DNA of 64,000 nucleotides from Candidatus Kerfeldbacteria bacterium (GTDB lineage: Bacteria > Patescibacteriota > Patescibacteriia > UBA10025 > JAHIVO01): the NCBI GenBank assembly GCA_016214565.1, contig JACROE010000002.1, forward strand, positions 212,584-276,583, read 5' to 3'. Below are positions 38,031-46,637 of this stretch, one piece after another (the stretch's first letter is position 1; each line of letters starts with the position of its first letter). A program made the position numbers and the translations under genes. Below the pieces are notes generated by a model that made no database searches, was not told the DNA's origin, and saw nothing but the letters and a program-made list of their open reading frames with translations.

Positions 38031-40535
38031 ATGGATAATAAAATTACCGATAAATTTACCACCCACCTCAAAAACGCCCTGAAAAAGGCGCGAGAATTAA
38101 GCGCATCCATGGGCACGACTTTTATTAATCCCGAACATATCACCTACGGGCTGATCATGCAAAAAGGCAGTATCGCCGCCGAAATTCTCACAAAATCAGG
38201 ACTTACCCCGGAACGTATCCGTACGATCGTTCTAAAAAATAATAAGGGCGTACTTGATGATTCGCTCACAGCCAAGCCGGCGGCCACAGGCTCTTTTTCG
38301 GTGCATACGAAAAAAACCATCGAAAAAGCTGCTTTGATCGCCCATCATAACAACCATAAATATATCGGAACCGAGCACCTGCTGATGAGTCTAACGCAGA
38401 TCAATACTCCCGCTATGCTCGAGCTCTGGGAGCAAAATAAAGTTAACCTCAATAGTATTGAAGAGCAACTCGAAACTGTCATGCGCAGCACCTCGCGCTT
38501 CCCTGATTTAACCCAAATTTTTGAGCAAGCAAAAGAGGCTGAACAAGAAGAGAAAACGAAAGATGAATCAAAAACACCCGCACTTGATTTCTTCTCCACT
38601 GATCTGACCGACCCGAAACAACAGAAAAGTATTGATCCGGTCATCGGTCGCACAGACGAAATTAACCGTCTCATCCACATTCTTTCTCGCCGTACAAAAA
38701 ATAATCCCGTGTTAATCGGCGAGCCGGGCGTAGGTAAAACAGCCATTGTTGAAGGTTTAGCAAAAAAAATATTGCAGGGTGACGTACCCGATATGCTGCT
38801 CAATAAAAAAATCCTTCGACTTGATCTCAGCTTGGTAGTTGCAGGGACGATTTATCGTGGTGAATTTGAAGGACGTTTCAAACAAATTATTGACGAGATT
38901 AAGCGTGATCCAAATATCATCGTCTTTATTGACGAGCTCCATACCATTATCGGTACTGGTTCAGCCGCGGGCTCTATGGATGCAGCAAATATATTAAAAC
39001 CAGCCCTAGCAAAAGGAGAACTGAGAACCATTGGTGCCACCACGCTGGATGAATACCGCAAACACATCGAATCTGATCCAGCCCTTGAACGACGCTTTCA
39101 ACCTATTATTATTGAGGAGGCAAGCGCCGAAGAAACAATGGAGGTTTTGCGTGGCATCAAAGAAAACTACGAACGGTATCACCTGGTGCACATTTCCGAT
39201 GACGCTATCCGGGCAGCTGTAGAAATGAGCGCGCGCTACATTCAGGACAAATTCTTACCTGACAAAGCAATCGACTTGATCGACGAGGCTGCCTCAAAAA
39301 TCAAGATTTCCCAGAAGCGCGACGGTTTACTCAAAGAAATCCATCAAACAGAAAAAGAAATCAACCGAGTCCGTGAAGAAAAAAACACCCTAGTTAATAA
39401 GGAGAATTTTGAACGTGCCTTACAATATAAAGCGCAGGAAAATAAGTTGCTTGAGCGATTAGCCATCCTTCGCCAAAAACAATCCCAGTCCAACCTGCAA
39501 TTCGTGGGGAAAATAACGCGAACGGACATTGCCGAGGTCATTTCCCGGATGACAAAAATACCCCTCCAAGAACTGGTGGTAGAGGAAAAGGAAAGACTCC
39601 TAAACCTTGAAGAGGAACTGTCACAATCAATCATTGGCCAGGACGAAGCGATCAAAGCTATCGCCAATGCCATTCGCCGATCCCGCGTCGGCCTGGCTGA
39701 TCCAAATCGTCCGATTGCTTCATTTATGTTTCTCGGACCATCCGGCGTAGGGAAAACTGAGACGGCAAAAGTGCTAGCTCGCACGGTCTTCGAAGATGAG
39801 CACGCACTGATCCGCATCGACATGTCTGAATTTGCCGAAGGATTTAATATGTCCAAACTATTAGGCGCTCCGGCTGGATACGTTGGTTATAAAGAGGGTA
39901 ATAAACTTACCGAGCCCGTTCGCCGCAAACCATATTCAGTCGTACTCTTCGATGAGATTGAAAAAGCGCATCCGGAAGTTTTCAATGTATTGCTACAAAT
40001 CATGGAAGACGGCCATTTAACTGACGCCACGGGCCGACAAGTCAATTTCAAAAACACTATTGTCATCATGACGTCAAATATTGGATTGCAAAACCTGACG
40101 AAGGGCGCTGAGATTGGTTTTGCTGCTGACAGCCCCGCTGATAAAGCCGAAGCAGAGAAACAATATCAACATATTAAAGAGCGTGTCCTACAAGACTTAG
40201 AAAAAACGTTCCGTCCTGAATTATTGAACCGTATCGACAGTACTATTGTCTATCGCCCACTCACCAAAAAAACGATTGAAAAGATTGTCTCGCTTCACAT
40301 CGCTGCGCTCCAGGAAAAGCTGCGCGCCCAACAACTCACGGTCAATGTTACGAAGCGAGCGATTAAATTTATTGCGGAAAAAAGCTTCCAACCAAATCAA
40401 GGCGCCCGCGCCGTGCGTCGCCATATTCAGGAGCATATTGAAAATGTCATTGCCGAAAAGCTATTGTCCGGCACCCTCCACGCCGGCGAGCGTGTCAAAG
40501 TTACAGTTACGAATGGTGCCTTGACAGTGGGGTAG
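38031..40535 (+). CDS. clpC: ATP-dependent Clp protease ATP-binding subunit ClpC
   Basis: Clp-N repeats, two AAA+ modules (GEPGVGKT, GPSGVGKT), UVR middle domain, IGF ClpP-docking loop. Confidence 0.95.
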   Translation: MDNKITDKFTTHLKNALKKARELSASMGTTFINPEHITYGLIMQKGSIAAEILTKSGLTPERIRTIVLKNNKGVLDDSLTAKPAATGSFSVHTKKTIEKAALIAHHNNHKYIGTEHLLMSLTQINTPAMLELWEQNKVNLNSIEEQLETVMRSTSRFPDLTQIFEQAKEAEQEEKTKDESKTPALDFFSTDLTDPKQQKSIDPVIGRTDEINRLIHILSRRTKNNPVLIGEPGVGKTAIVEGLAKKILQGDVPDMLLNKKILRLDLSLVVAGTIYRGEFEGRFKQIIDEIKRDPNIIVFIDELHTIIGTGSAAGSMDAANILKPALAKGELRTIGATTLDEYRKHIESDPALERRFQPIIIEEASAEETMEVLRGIKENYERYHLVHISDDAIRAAVEMSARYIQDKFLPDKAIDLIDEAASKIKISQKRDGLLKEIHQTEKEINRVREEKNTLVNKENFERALQYKAQENKLLERLAILRQKQSQSNLQFVGKITRTDIAEVISRMTKIPLQELVVEEKERLLNLEEELSQSIIGQDEAIKAIANAIRRSRVGLADPNRPIASFMFLGPSGVGKTETAKVLARTVFEDEHALIRIDMSEFAEGFNMSKLLGAPAGYVGYKEGNKLTEPVRRKPYSVVLFDEIEKAHPEVFNVLLQIMEDGHLTDATGRQVNFKNTIVIMTSNIGLQNLTKGAEIGFAADSPADKAEAEKQYQHIKERVLQDLEKTFRPELLNRIDSTIVYRPLTKKTIEKIVSLHIAALQEKLRAQQLTVNVTKRAIKFIAEKSFQPNQGARAVRRHIQEHIENVIAEKLLSGTLHAGERVKVTVTNGALTVG

Positions 40536-40560
40536 TATTTTTTTATTCTATTTGGCAGAT

Positions 40561-40589
40561 GGCCTTCCCTCCAAAACGGGAAGGTTTTT
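40561..40589 (+). terminator. Rho-independent terminator after clpC
   Basis: GCCTTCCC-TCCAAAAC-GGGAAGGT followed by TTTT; ends immediately before the comF ATG. Confidence 0.65.
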
Positions 40590-41258
40590 ATGTTTATTCA
40601 ATCATTGCTCAAAGAAATACTATCATTAATTTTTCCTCTCAATTGCCTTGGCTGCGGCCGAGAAGACACCTGGCTCTGTCCTACCTGTGTAGCACGTATT
40701 CCACGATCGGTTCATGCAGTGCCACATCGTCCACCCCTCGACGGTGTCTGGGCCATCACCCACTATGACAATCCAATCGTCAACGCCCTGCTACACTATC
40801 TCAAATATAATGGTGTTGCGACCGTACACATGCATCTAGGCGCTTTACTCGTAGAGTTATGCTCACACATTGACAATTCTTCCGTGCACACTATACTTCA
40901 TACTTCATCGATAATCCCAGTTCCTCTGCACCCCCGGCGATTGCGCGAACGTGGCTACAATCAATCGTTGTTACTTGCCCAGCATGTTGGGGATATGCGG
41001 CAGATACCAGTAGTTCCAGGCGCGCTGATCCGAAGCAAATATACAGTACCCCAAGCATCACTTGATCGCGCTGAGCGACTGCACAATATCGATGGCGCCT
41101 TTAGTATCGGACCGGACTTTAAAAAACTCAACAAAAATGTTATACTCGTAGACGATGTTGCCACTACTACGGCGACGCTCGCGGCCTGTGCCACGATCCT
41201 CAAAACCCACGGGACTCGCGCTGTTTGGGGGTTTGTCATCGCACATGGAAATCGTTGA
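40590..41258 (+). CDS. comF: Competence protein ComF (Zn-finger + PRTase-like)
   Basis: FPLNCLGCG..LCPTC, LKYNG, IPVPLHPRRLRERGYNQS, ILVDDVATT. Confidence 0.93.
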   Translation: MFIQSLLKEILSLIFPLNCLGCGREDTWLCPTCVARIPRSVHAVPHRPPLDGVWAITHYDNPIVNALLHYLKYNGVATVHMHLGALLVELCSHIDNSSVHTILHTSSIIPVPLHPRRLRERGYNQSLLLAQHVGDMRQIPVVPGALIRSKYTVPQASLDRAERLHNIDGAFSIGPDFKKLNKNVILVDDVATTTATLAACATILKTHGTRAVWGFVIAHGNR

Positions 41259-41292
41259 AATCACACTATTGAGTACCCATGGGGGATTCCGA

Positions 41293-41381
41293 GGAGAGTT
41301 GGCCGAGTGGCTTAAGGCAGCGGTTTGCTAAACCGCGGGGGTCTAAAAAGCCCCGCACAGGTTCGAATCCTGTACTCTCCG
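41293..41381 (+). tRNA. tRNA-Ser(GCT)
   Basis: GGAGAGT acceptor stem, anticodon arm GCGGT-TTGCTAA-ACCGC, long variable arm, GGTTCGAATCC; no encoded CCA. Confidence 0.95.
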
Positions 41382-41553
41382 AAGTGAATTCTATGAACGA
41401 GGATGAGTAGCGAGCACACTGCTGTGCTCGCGACAGGATGAGAAAGCCGCAGCGATGCGCGAGTTTCCCGAAGAGAAGGCGAGCGCCGCGAGGCGGGGTC
41501 GACGAAGAATTCCGTCAGGAATTCTATCGGTGACCGAATCCTGTACTCTCCGA
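41364..41553 (+). repeat. 19-bp direct repeat of the tRNA-Ser 3' end enclosing a ~150-bp structured element
   Basis: CGAATCCTGTACTCTCCGA at 41364-41382 and 41535-41553, with internal hairpins. Confidence 0.85.
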
Positions 41554-41582
41554 CCTGATCAGTATTTCCAAAACAATGTCAT

Positions 41583-41669
41583 GGAGGCGTGCGAGAGTGG
41601 TTGAATCGGGCAGTCTTGAAAACTGCTAGGCCCGCAAGGGTCTCGGGGGTTCGAATCCCTCCGCCTCCG
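41583..41669 (+). tRNA. tRNA-Ser(TGA)
   Basis: GGAGGCG acceptor stem, GCAGT-CTTGAAA-ACTGC anticodon arm, long variable arm, GGTTCGAATCC; no CCA. Confidence 0.95.
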
Positions 41670-41703
41670 AATGAACAACAGCCCTAATAAATAAGCTACC
41701 ATT

Positions 41704-42216
41704 ATGAACGAAGAAGAGCTGAGCCCCTCAGTCAACAAGCCGAATCTGGGCGAAACAAGACTCAGGTGGGATTTCCCTGAGTATGTCCAATACCGTCGTG
41801 GTATGTGGTGGTACGTCATGGCTTTGATTATTATTATCGGTCTACTCATATATTCAATTGTTGCGAAAAATTACATATTCATGGTTCTGATTGTGCTGAC
41901 TGGATTTATTATATATTTTCGAGATCGTCGCGAACCCGCTGAATTATCAATCCAGATCAAAGAGCGAGGCATTCAACTAGGTGATCGCAACGCTTACCGC
42001 TGGGCTGACCTCAAGGCTTTTTGGATTATTTATGAACCGCCAGAAGTAAAAAACCTCTATCTTGATTTCAAAGGTTTGCGGCCAACTATGTCTATTTCGC
42101 TTGAAGATCAAAATCCGATAGAGGTACGAAACCTACTGGCAGGGCACCTGATCGAAGATACCGAACGTGAAAATGAATCATTCTCAGATGGTTTTGGCAG
42201 GATATTCAAGATATAA
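41704..42216 (+). CDS. Conserved two-TM protein with a PH-like C-terminal domain (DUF5673-like)
   Basis: W.FPEY...RG.WWY, two TM helices, I.ERGI..G...Y.W..LKAFWI. Confidence 0.7.
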   Translation: MNEEELSPSVNKPNLGETRLRWDFPEYVQYRRGMWWYVMALIIIIGLLIYSIVAKNYIFMVLIVLTGFIIYFRDRREPAELSIQIKERGIQLGDRNAYRWADLKAFWIIYEPPEVKNLYLDFKGLRPTMSISLEDQNPIEVRNLLAGHLIEDTERENESFSDGFGRIFKI

Positions 42217-42257
42217 ACCATTGCAGTAAAAAATTTCCCTACACTGTCCTCGTGCGC

Positions 42258-42329
42258 GCCCTCGTCGTTCAACGGATAGGACGCAAGATTGCGGATCTTG
42301 TAATCGTGGTTCGATTCCACGCGAGGGCA
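42258..42329 (+). tRNA. tRNA-Arg(GCG)
   Basis: GCCCTCG/CGAGGGC acceptor stem, CAAGA-TTGCGGA-TCTTG anticodon arm, GGTTCGATTCC; no CCA. Confidence 0.92.
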
Positions 42330-42371
42330 TGAGGACAATGTAGGGAAGTACTAATAAATACTTAAACCAAT

Positions 42372-43103
42372 ATGACTGATCCTAAGAATCATTTACCCCA
42401 GAATGAAGATTTTGCTGCACCGCCGCCGCCCTGGGGAGATATTCGGGACACCACCCACCAGACACGCATTGATATTGGGTTCAAGGATCGCCAAACGTGG
42501 AAAAATGCTCCTGCAGTATTTGATGCACATACCCTCAAAATTTTTGGCCACCCGGTCATGGAAGATTGGGAAACACCCTACATGAAAGAGTTGGCAACCA
42601 TAGCAACAAAAAATGGCGGCGTAATCCTTGAACTCGGGTATGGCATGGGCATCTCGGCAAACTTTATTCAACAAGCTGCAATCCTCAAACATATTGTCAT
42701 CGAAGCAAACCACGAGGTAGCTGAAAAAGCACGTGAATTTGCGCATACTGCCCCACATCCCGTAGAGGTATTAGAAGGTCTCTGGGAAGAAGTTATTGAT
42801 CAAGTAGCGGATAATAGCATTGATGGAATTTTATTTGACACCTACCCATTATCTGAGCTTGAAATTCATAAAAATCATTTTGGATTTTTCAGAACAGCAT
42901 TTAAAAAATTAAAGTCGGGCGGAGTATTTACCTACTACTCTGATGAAATTGATGATTACCATCCTGTTCACCTAAAAAAATTGATTGCGGCAGGTTTTAA
43001 AAGAAAAGACATTAATGGTAGAGTAATCCCGATGCACCCACCGGCCGACTGTCAGTATTGGAAAGCGGATACCATGCTCGCGCCAATTGTAACCAAGGAG
43101 TAG
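42372..43103 (+). CDS. Class I SAM methyltransferase, guanidinoacetate N-methyltransferase (GAMT/RMT2) family
   Basis: GHPVMEDWETPYM, ILELGYGMGI, HIVIEAN, GLWEEV, DGILFDTYPLSE, LKSGGVFTY, PPADCQYW. Confidence 0.85.
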   Translation: MTDPKNHLPQNEDFAAPPPPWGDIRDTTHQTRIDIGFKDRQTWKNAPAVFDAHTLKIFGHPVMEDWETPYMKELATIATKNGGVILELGYGMGISANFIQQAAILKHIVIEANHEVAEKAREFAHTAPHPVEVLEGLWEEVIDQVADNSIDGILFDTYPLSELEIHKNHFGFFRTAFKKLKSGGVFTYYSDEIDDYHPVHLKKLIAAGFKRKDINGRVIPMHPPADCQYWKADTMLAPIVTKE

Positions 43104-43158
43104 AAACAAAAAGCACAAATAAAGTCTCGAGGGCACTGCTTTGTGCTACAATATACCC

Positions 43159-45225
43159 ATGCGCATTAGCATCAATACTCCCATTGGAGAATTACCTCGC
43201 GTTGGTCCCGCCCTCACCAAACGCCTCAATAAGCTCGGTATCACAACTGTAGCCGATTTATTATGGTACTATCCATTTCGCTACGAGGACTACAGCACCA
43301 TCACACCCATCGTAGATATTCATACCGACACAAAAGTAACGATTAAGGGGCAGGTGACGTTGATTGCCAATAAGCGAGTATTCCGTCGGCGCATGTTCAT
43401 CACCGAATGCATCATCACCGACGACACCGGCAGTATCAAAGCAGTTTGGTTTAACCAACCATTTATCACCAAGCTGCTGGCCCAAGGTGACCTCGCCTAT
43501 TTTTCTGGAACCGTTGAAATGACTAAATTTGGATTGCAACTAGTCGGTCCACAGTACGAAAAGATTAAAAAGGAACAAACCCATACCGCCCGGATTGTAC
43601 CGATGTACTCATTAACCGAACGCCTGACCGAGAAACAAATCAGGTTTTTGATTAAACTCGTCCTGCCATTGGCCGAACAGATCCCGGACTGGATGCCGGA
43701 ATCTTTGCGCCGTACCCATAAACTCATCCCCCTGCACCAGGCGCTGCGCGAAATTCATTTCCCAACTAATAAAAATACGCTGGTGCAAGCGCGGACGCGA
43801 CTCAAGATAAATGAGCTCCTCCTACTCCAGCTCCAATCGCGGCTGATCCGCGCCGCTCTCCAGAGCAAAACCGCGCCCGTGATACCATTTGACGAGACCC
43901 TAACTAAAACGTTTGTTGGCCGACTCCCCTTTACCCTCACCGACGACCAGCGCCGTGCCGCTTGGACTATTCTCCAGGATTTACAGAAAACCACGCCAAT
44001 GAATCGACTGCTCCAAGGCGATGTCGGTTCGGGAAAAACGGTGGTCGCGGCCATCGCTATGCTCAATGCCAGCCGAGCTCACTTCCAATCAGCCCTGATG
44101 GCACCCACGGAAATCCTCGCGCTCCAACATTACGCGACCATCACCACGATTATTGCACCAGAAGAAGCGCGGATTGCCCTGCTGACCCGCTCAAAAAAAA
44201 TGCTGCGAGGAAAACTTGCCACCAGCGCCACATTCAATCGCGCCATAGAGCAGCATGAAGTAGACATCTTGGTCGGAACGCATGCCCTGATCCAGGATAA
44301 GGTGAAATTCGCCCAACTGGGCTTCATAATTATTGATGAACAGCATCGGTTTGGTGTGGACCAGCGTAAACAGCTCAAACAAAAATCAGACTCAGGAACC
44401 ATACCGCACCTACTGTCCATGACCGCGACGCCAATTCCTCGATCACTAGCTCTGACGGTCTATGGCGATCTGGATGTCAGCACTATTACCCAGATGCCAC
44501 CCGGTCGCAAACCAATTATGACAAAAGTTGTGCCACCTGAAAAAAGAGAAGCGGCCAATGAATTTATTCGAAAAGAAATCAGCGCTGGACGACAAGCATT
44601 TGTCATTTGCCCGCTCATCGAAGAATCGGATAAGCTCGGGGTGAAAGCGGCAACGGACGAACACAAACGACTGCAACAAGACATCTTTCCTGAATTGCAG
44701 ATTGGCCTGCTCCATGGAAAAATGAACATTGAGGAAAAAGAACATGCTATGAACGACTTCAGTGCTGGCAAAACCAATATTCTGGTAGCAACTGCGGTAG
44801 TGGAGGTGGGTATCGACGTGCCCAATGCTTCGGTCATGGTGATTGAGGGCGCTGATCGATTTGGCCTCGCCCAGTTGCACCAGTTCCGCGGACGAGTAGG
44901 ACGGGCCGCTCATCAATCCTACTGTCTCGTCTTTACCGACGCCACTAACGATAAAGCGATCGAGCGGCTGACTGCACTGACCACGACCCAAAATGGATTT
45001 ATTCTTGCGGAAAAAGACCTCGAAATGCGAGGACCCGGTGAAGTATACGGTTTACGGCAGTCGGGTTTCCCTGAACTTAAAATTGCCACCCTGACCGACC
45101 TACCACTCATCATGCTCGCAAAATCAATGGCCGAGGAAATCCTGACTGATGACCCAGATTTGTCAAAAAATGAGCTGCTCGCGAAGCAGCTCAGACAATC
45201 CAGCCGATCAGTCCATCTCGAATAA
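43159..45225 (+). CDS. recG: ATP-dependent DNA helicase RecG
   Basis: Wedge domain (AVWFNQ), MNRLLQGDVGSGKT, IIDEQHRFG, MTATPIPRSL, QLHQFRGRVGR, DLEMRGPGE. ATG 43159 is preferred; a TACAAT -10 lies 6 bp upstream, so the mRNA may be leaderless. Confidence 0.96.
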   Translation: MRISINTPIGELPRVGPALTKRLNKLGITTVADLLWYYPFRYEDYSTITPIVDIHTDTKVTIKGQVTLIANKRVFRRRMFITECIITDDTGSIKAVWFNQPFITKLLAQGDLAYFSGTVEMTKFGLQLVGPQYEKIKKEQTHTARIVPMYSLTERLTEKQIRFLIKLVLPLAEQIPDWMPESLRRTHKLIPLHQALREIHFPTNKNTLVQARTRLKINELLLLQLQSRLIRAALQSKTAPVIPFDETLTKTFVGRLPFTLTDDQRRAAWTILQDLQKTTPMNRLLQGDVGSGKTVVAAIAMLNASRAHFQSALMAPTEILALQHYATITTIIAPEEARIALLTRSKKMLRGKLATSATFNRAIEQHEVDILVGTHALIQDKVKFAQLGFIIIDEQHRFGVDQRKQLKQKSDSGTIPHLLSMTATPIPRSLALTVYGDLDVSTITQMPPGRKPIMTKVVPPEKREAANEFIRKEISAGRQAFVICPLIEESDKLGVKAATDEHKRLQQDIFPELQIGLLHGKMNIEEKEHAMNDFSAGKTNILVATAVVEVGIDVPNASVMVIEGADRFGLAQLHQFRGRVGRAAHQSYCLVFTDATNDKAIERLTALTTTQNGFILAEKDLEMRGPGEVYGLRQSGFPELKIATLTDLPLIMLAKSMAEEILTDDPDLSKNELLAKQLRQSSRSVHLE

Positions 45226-46584
45226 CTACAGCACAATATTCCGAATCGCATCGCTGACCGATGACTCAGGGATGACTTGTAATCCCGCCGTAGCGCTCGC
45301 ATCACGCGTGGCGGGCATGACCACGTCGCGGAACCCCAGCTTGGCTGCCTCGGCTAAGCGCTTGTCCAACGTAGCGACTGATCGTATTTCTCCACCCAAG
45401 CCAACCTCTCCCAAGACAATCGTCTCTGGAGCAATGGCTTTATTTTTTAATGCTGAAGCTATGGCAATGCACACGGCCAGATCAACCGCTGGTTCATTGA
45501 CCCGGAAACCGCCGGCCACGCTGACATGGACATCTTGATTTCCCAGAAAGAGGCCTGCTTTCTTCATTAAAACTGCTATCAATACCTGCAAACGATTCAG
45601 ACTAAAACCAACTGCGCGACGCTGAGGGTAGCCAAAATTGGTGCGTGTAACCAACGCCTGTATTTCAACCAAAAACGCACGCGAGCCCTCAACAACGGCG
45701 GTCACGACTGACCCCGGTTGGCTCTTTGATCGTTCGGCGAGGAATAATGCAGAGGGATTCGTCACTTCATGTAACCCATCAGGATGCATGTCAAAAACTC
45801 CAATCTCATTGGTTGAACCAAAGCGGTTTTTCACTGCGCGCAATACCCGAAAGGCATGGTGGCGATCACCCTCAAGGTACAGCACGACATCAACCAAATG
45901 CTCCAGAGAACGAGGGCCAGCTACCGAACCTTCTTTCGTCACATGGCCAATCACAATGATAGGGATATTCAATTCTTTAGCCAGGGCAACCAACCGTCCA
46001 GTCGCGGCGCGCAATTGGCTAACACTTCCCGGCTCACTGGAAACGTCCGGCGTGGCCACGGTCTGAATAGAATCCAGAATGACCAGCCCCGGCGTATGCT
46101 GACGCACCGTACTTTCAATAATATCTAAATCTGTTTCGCCTAAAAATTTTAAGCCTGCCGCGCGCAGGCCCAAGCGCTCAAATCTCCCCTTGACCTGACT
46201 GCCGGATTCTTCGCCGGAAATATACAGTACTGTTTTATTCTGGTCGGCGATACGACCGCCGATCTGGAGTATCAAGGTCGATTTGCCAATCCCGGGATCG
46301 CCACCGAGTAAAATAACGCCGCCTAAAACAATGCCACCGCCTAAAACCCGATCAAATTCTGGCAATGCCGTTGAGAGCCGAACCGCATGCACATCGCTGA
46401 TTTCGGTCAGCGATTGGACAGTGCCTGCCGGAGCGCTCGATCCAGGCCGGGCAATCGATCGACGCACAGTCTGCACTTGCTGTTGTACTGTTCCCCATTG
46501 GCCGCACTCAGTACAACGCCCCACCCACTTGGGGAATTGCGCATCGCAATTTGAGCAGGAATAAATTGTTTTTATTTTAGGAAT
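45226..46584 (-). CDS. radA: DNA repair protein RadA/Sms
   Basis: GGDPGIGKSTL, KNRFG and Lon-like C-terminus. The frame extends upstream of GTG 46524 to include the first half of the Zn finger (YSCSNCDAQFPKWVGRCTECGQW); apparent ATT start at 46584. Confidence 0.95.
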   Translation of the reverse strand: MPKIKTIYSCSNCDAQFPKWVGRCTECGQWGTVQQQVQTVRRSIARPGSSAPAGTVQSLTEISDVHAVRLSTALPEFDRVLGGGIVLGGVILLGGDPGIGKSTLILQIGGRIADQNKTVLYISGEESGSQVKGRFERLGLRAAGLKFLGETDLDIIESTVRQHTPGLVILDSIQTVATPDVSSEPGSVSQLRAATGRLVALAKELNIPIIVIGHVTKEGSVAGPRSLEHLVDVVLYLEGDRHHAFRVLRAVKNRFGSTNEIGVFDMHPDGLHEVTNPSALFLAERSKSQPGSVVTAVVEGSRAFLVEIQALVTRTNFGYPQRRAVGFSLNRLQVLIAVLMKKAGLFLGNQDVHVSVAGGFRVNEPAVDLAVCIAIASALKNKAIAPETIVLGEVGLGGEIRSVATLDKRLAEAAKLGFRDVVMPATRDASATAGLQVIPESSVSDAIRNIVL

Positions 46585-46637
46585 ATGAAAAAAATACTGG
46601 ATTAGCTAGTACCATCATAACACAAGGTGGCGATGCC

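Noticed and set aside
41364-41553. Prophage or genomic island attL/attR
   Set aside because: Only 152 bp lie between the repeats, with no integrase or cargo; kept as a mini-element finding instead.
41559-42338. Minus-strand ORFs 41559-41849 and 42108-42338
   Set aside because: They are antisense to tRNA genes and to the DUF5673-like CDS.
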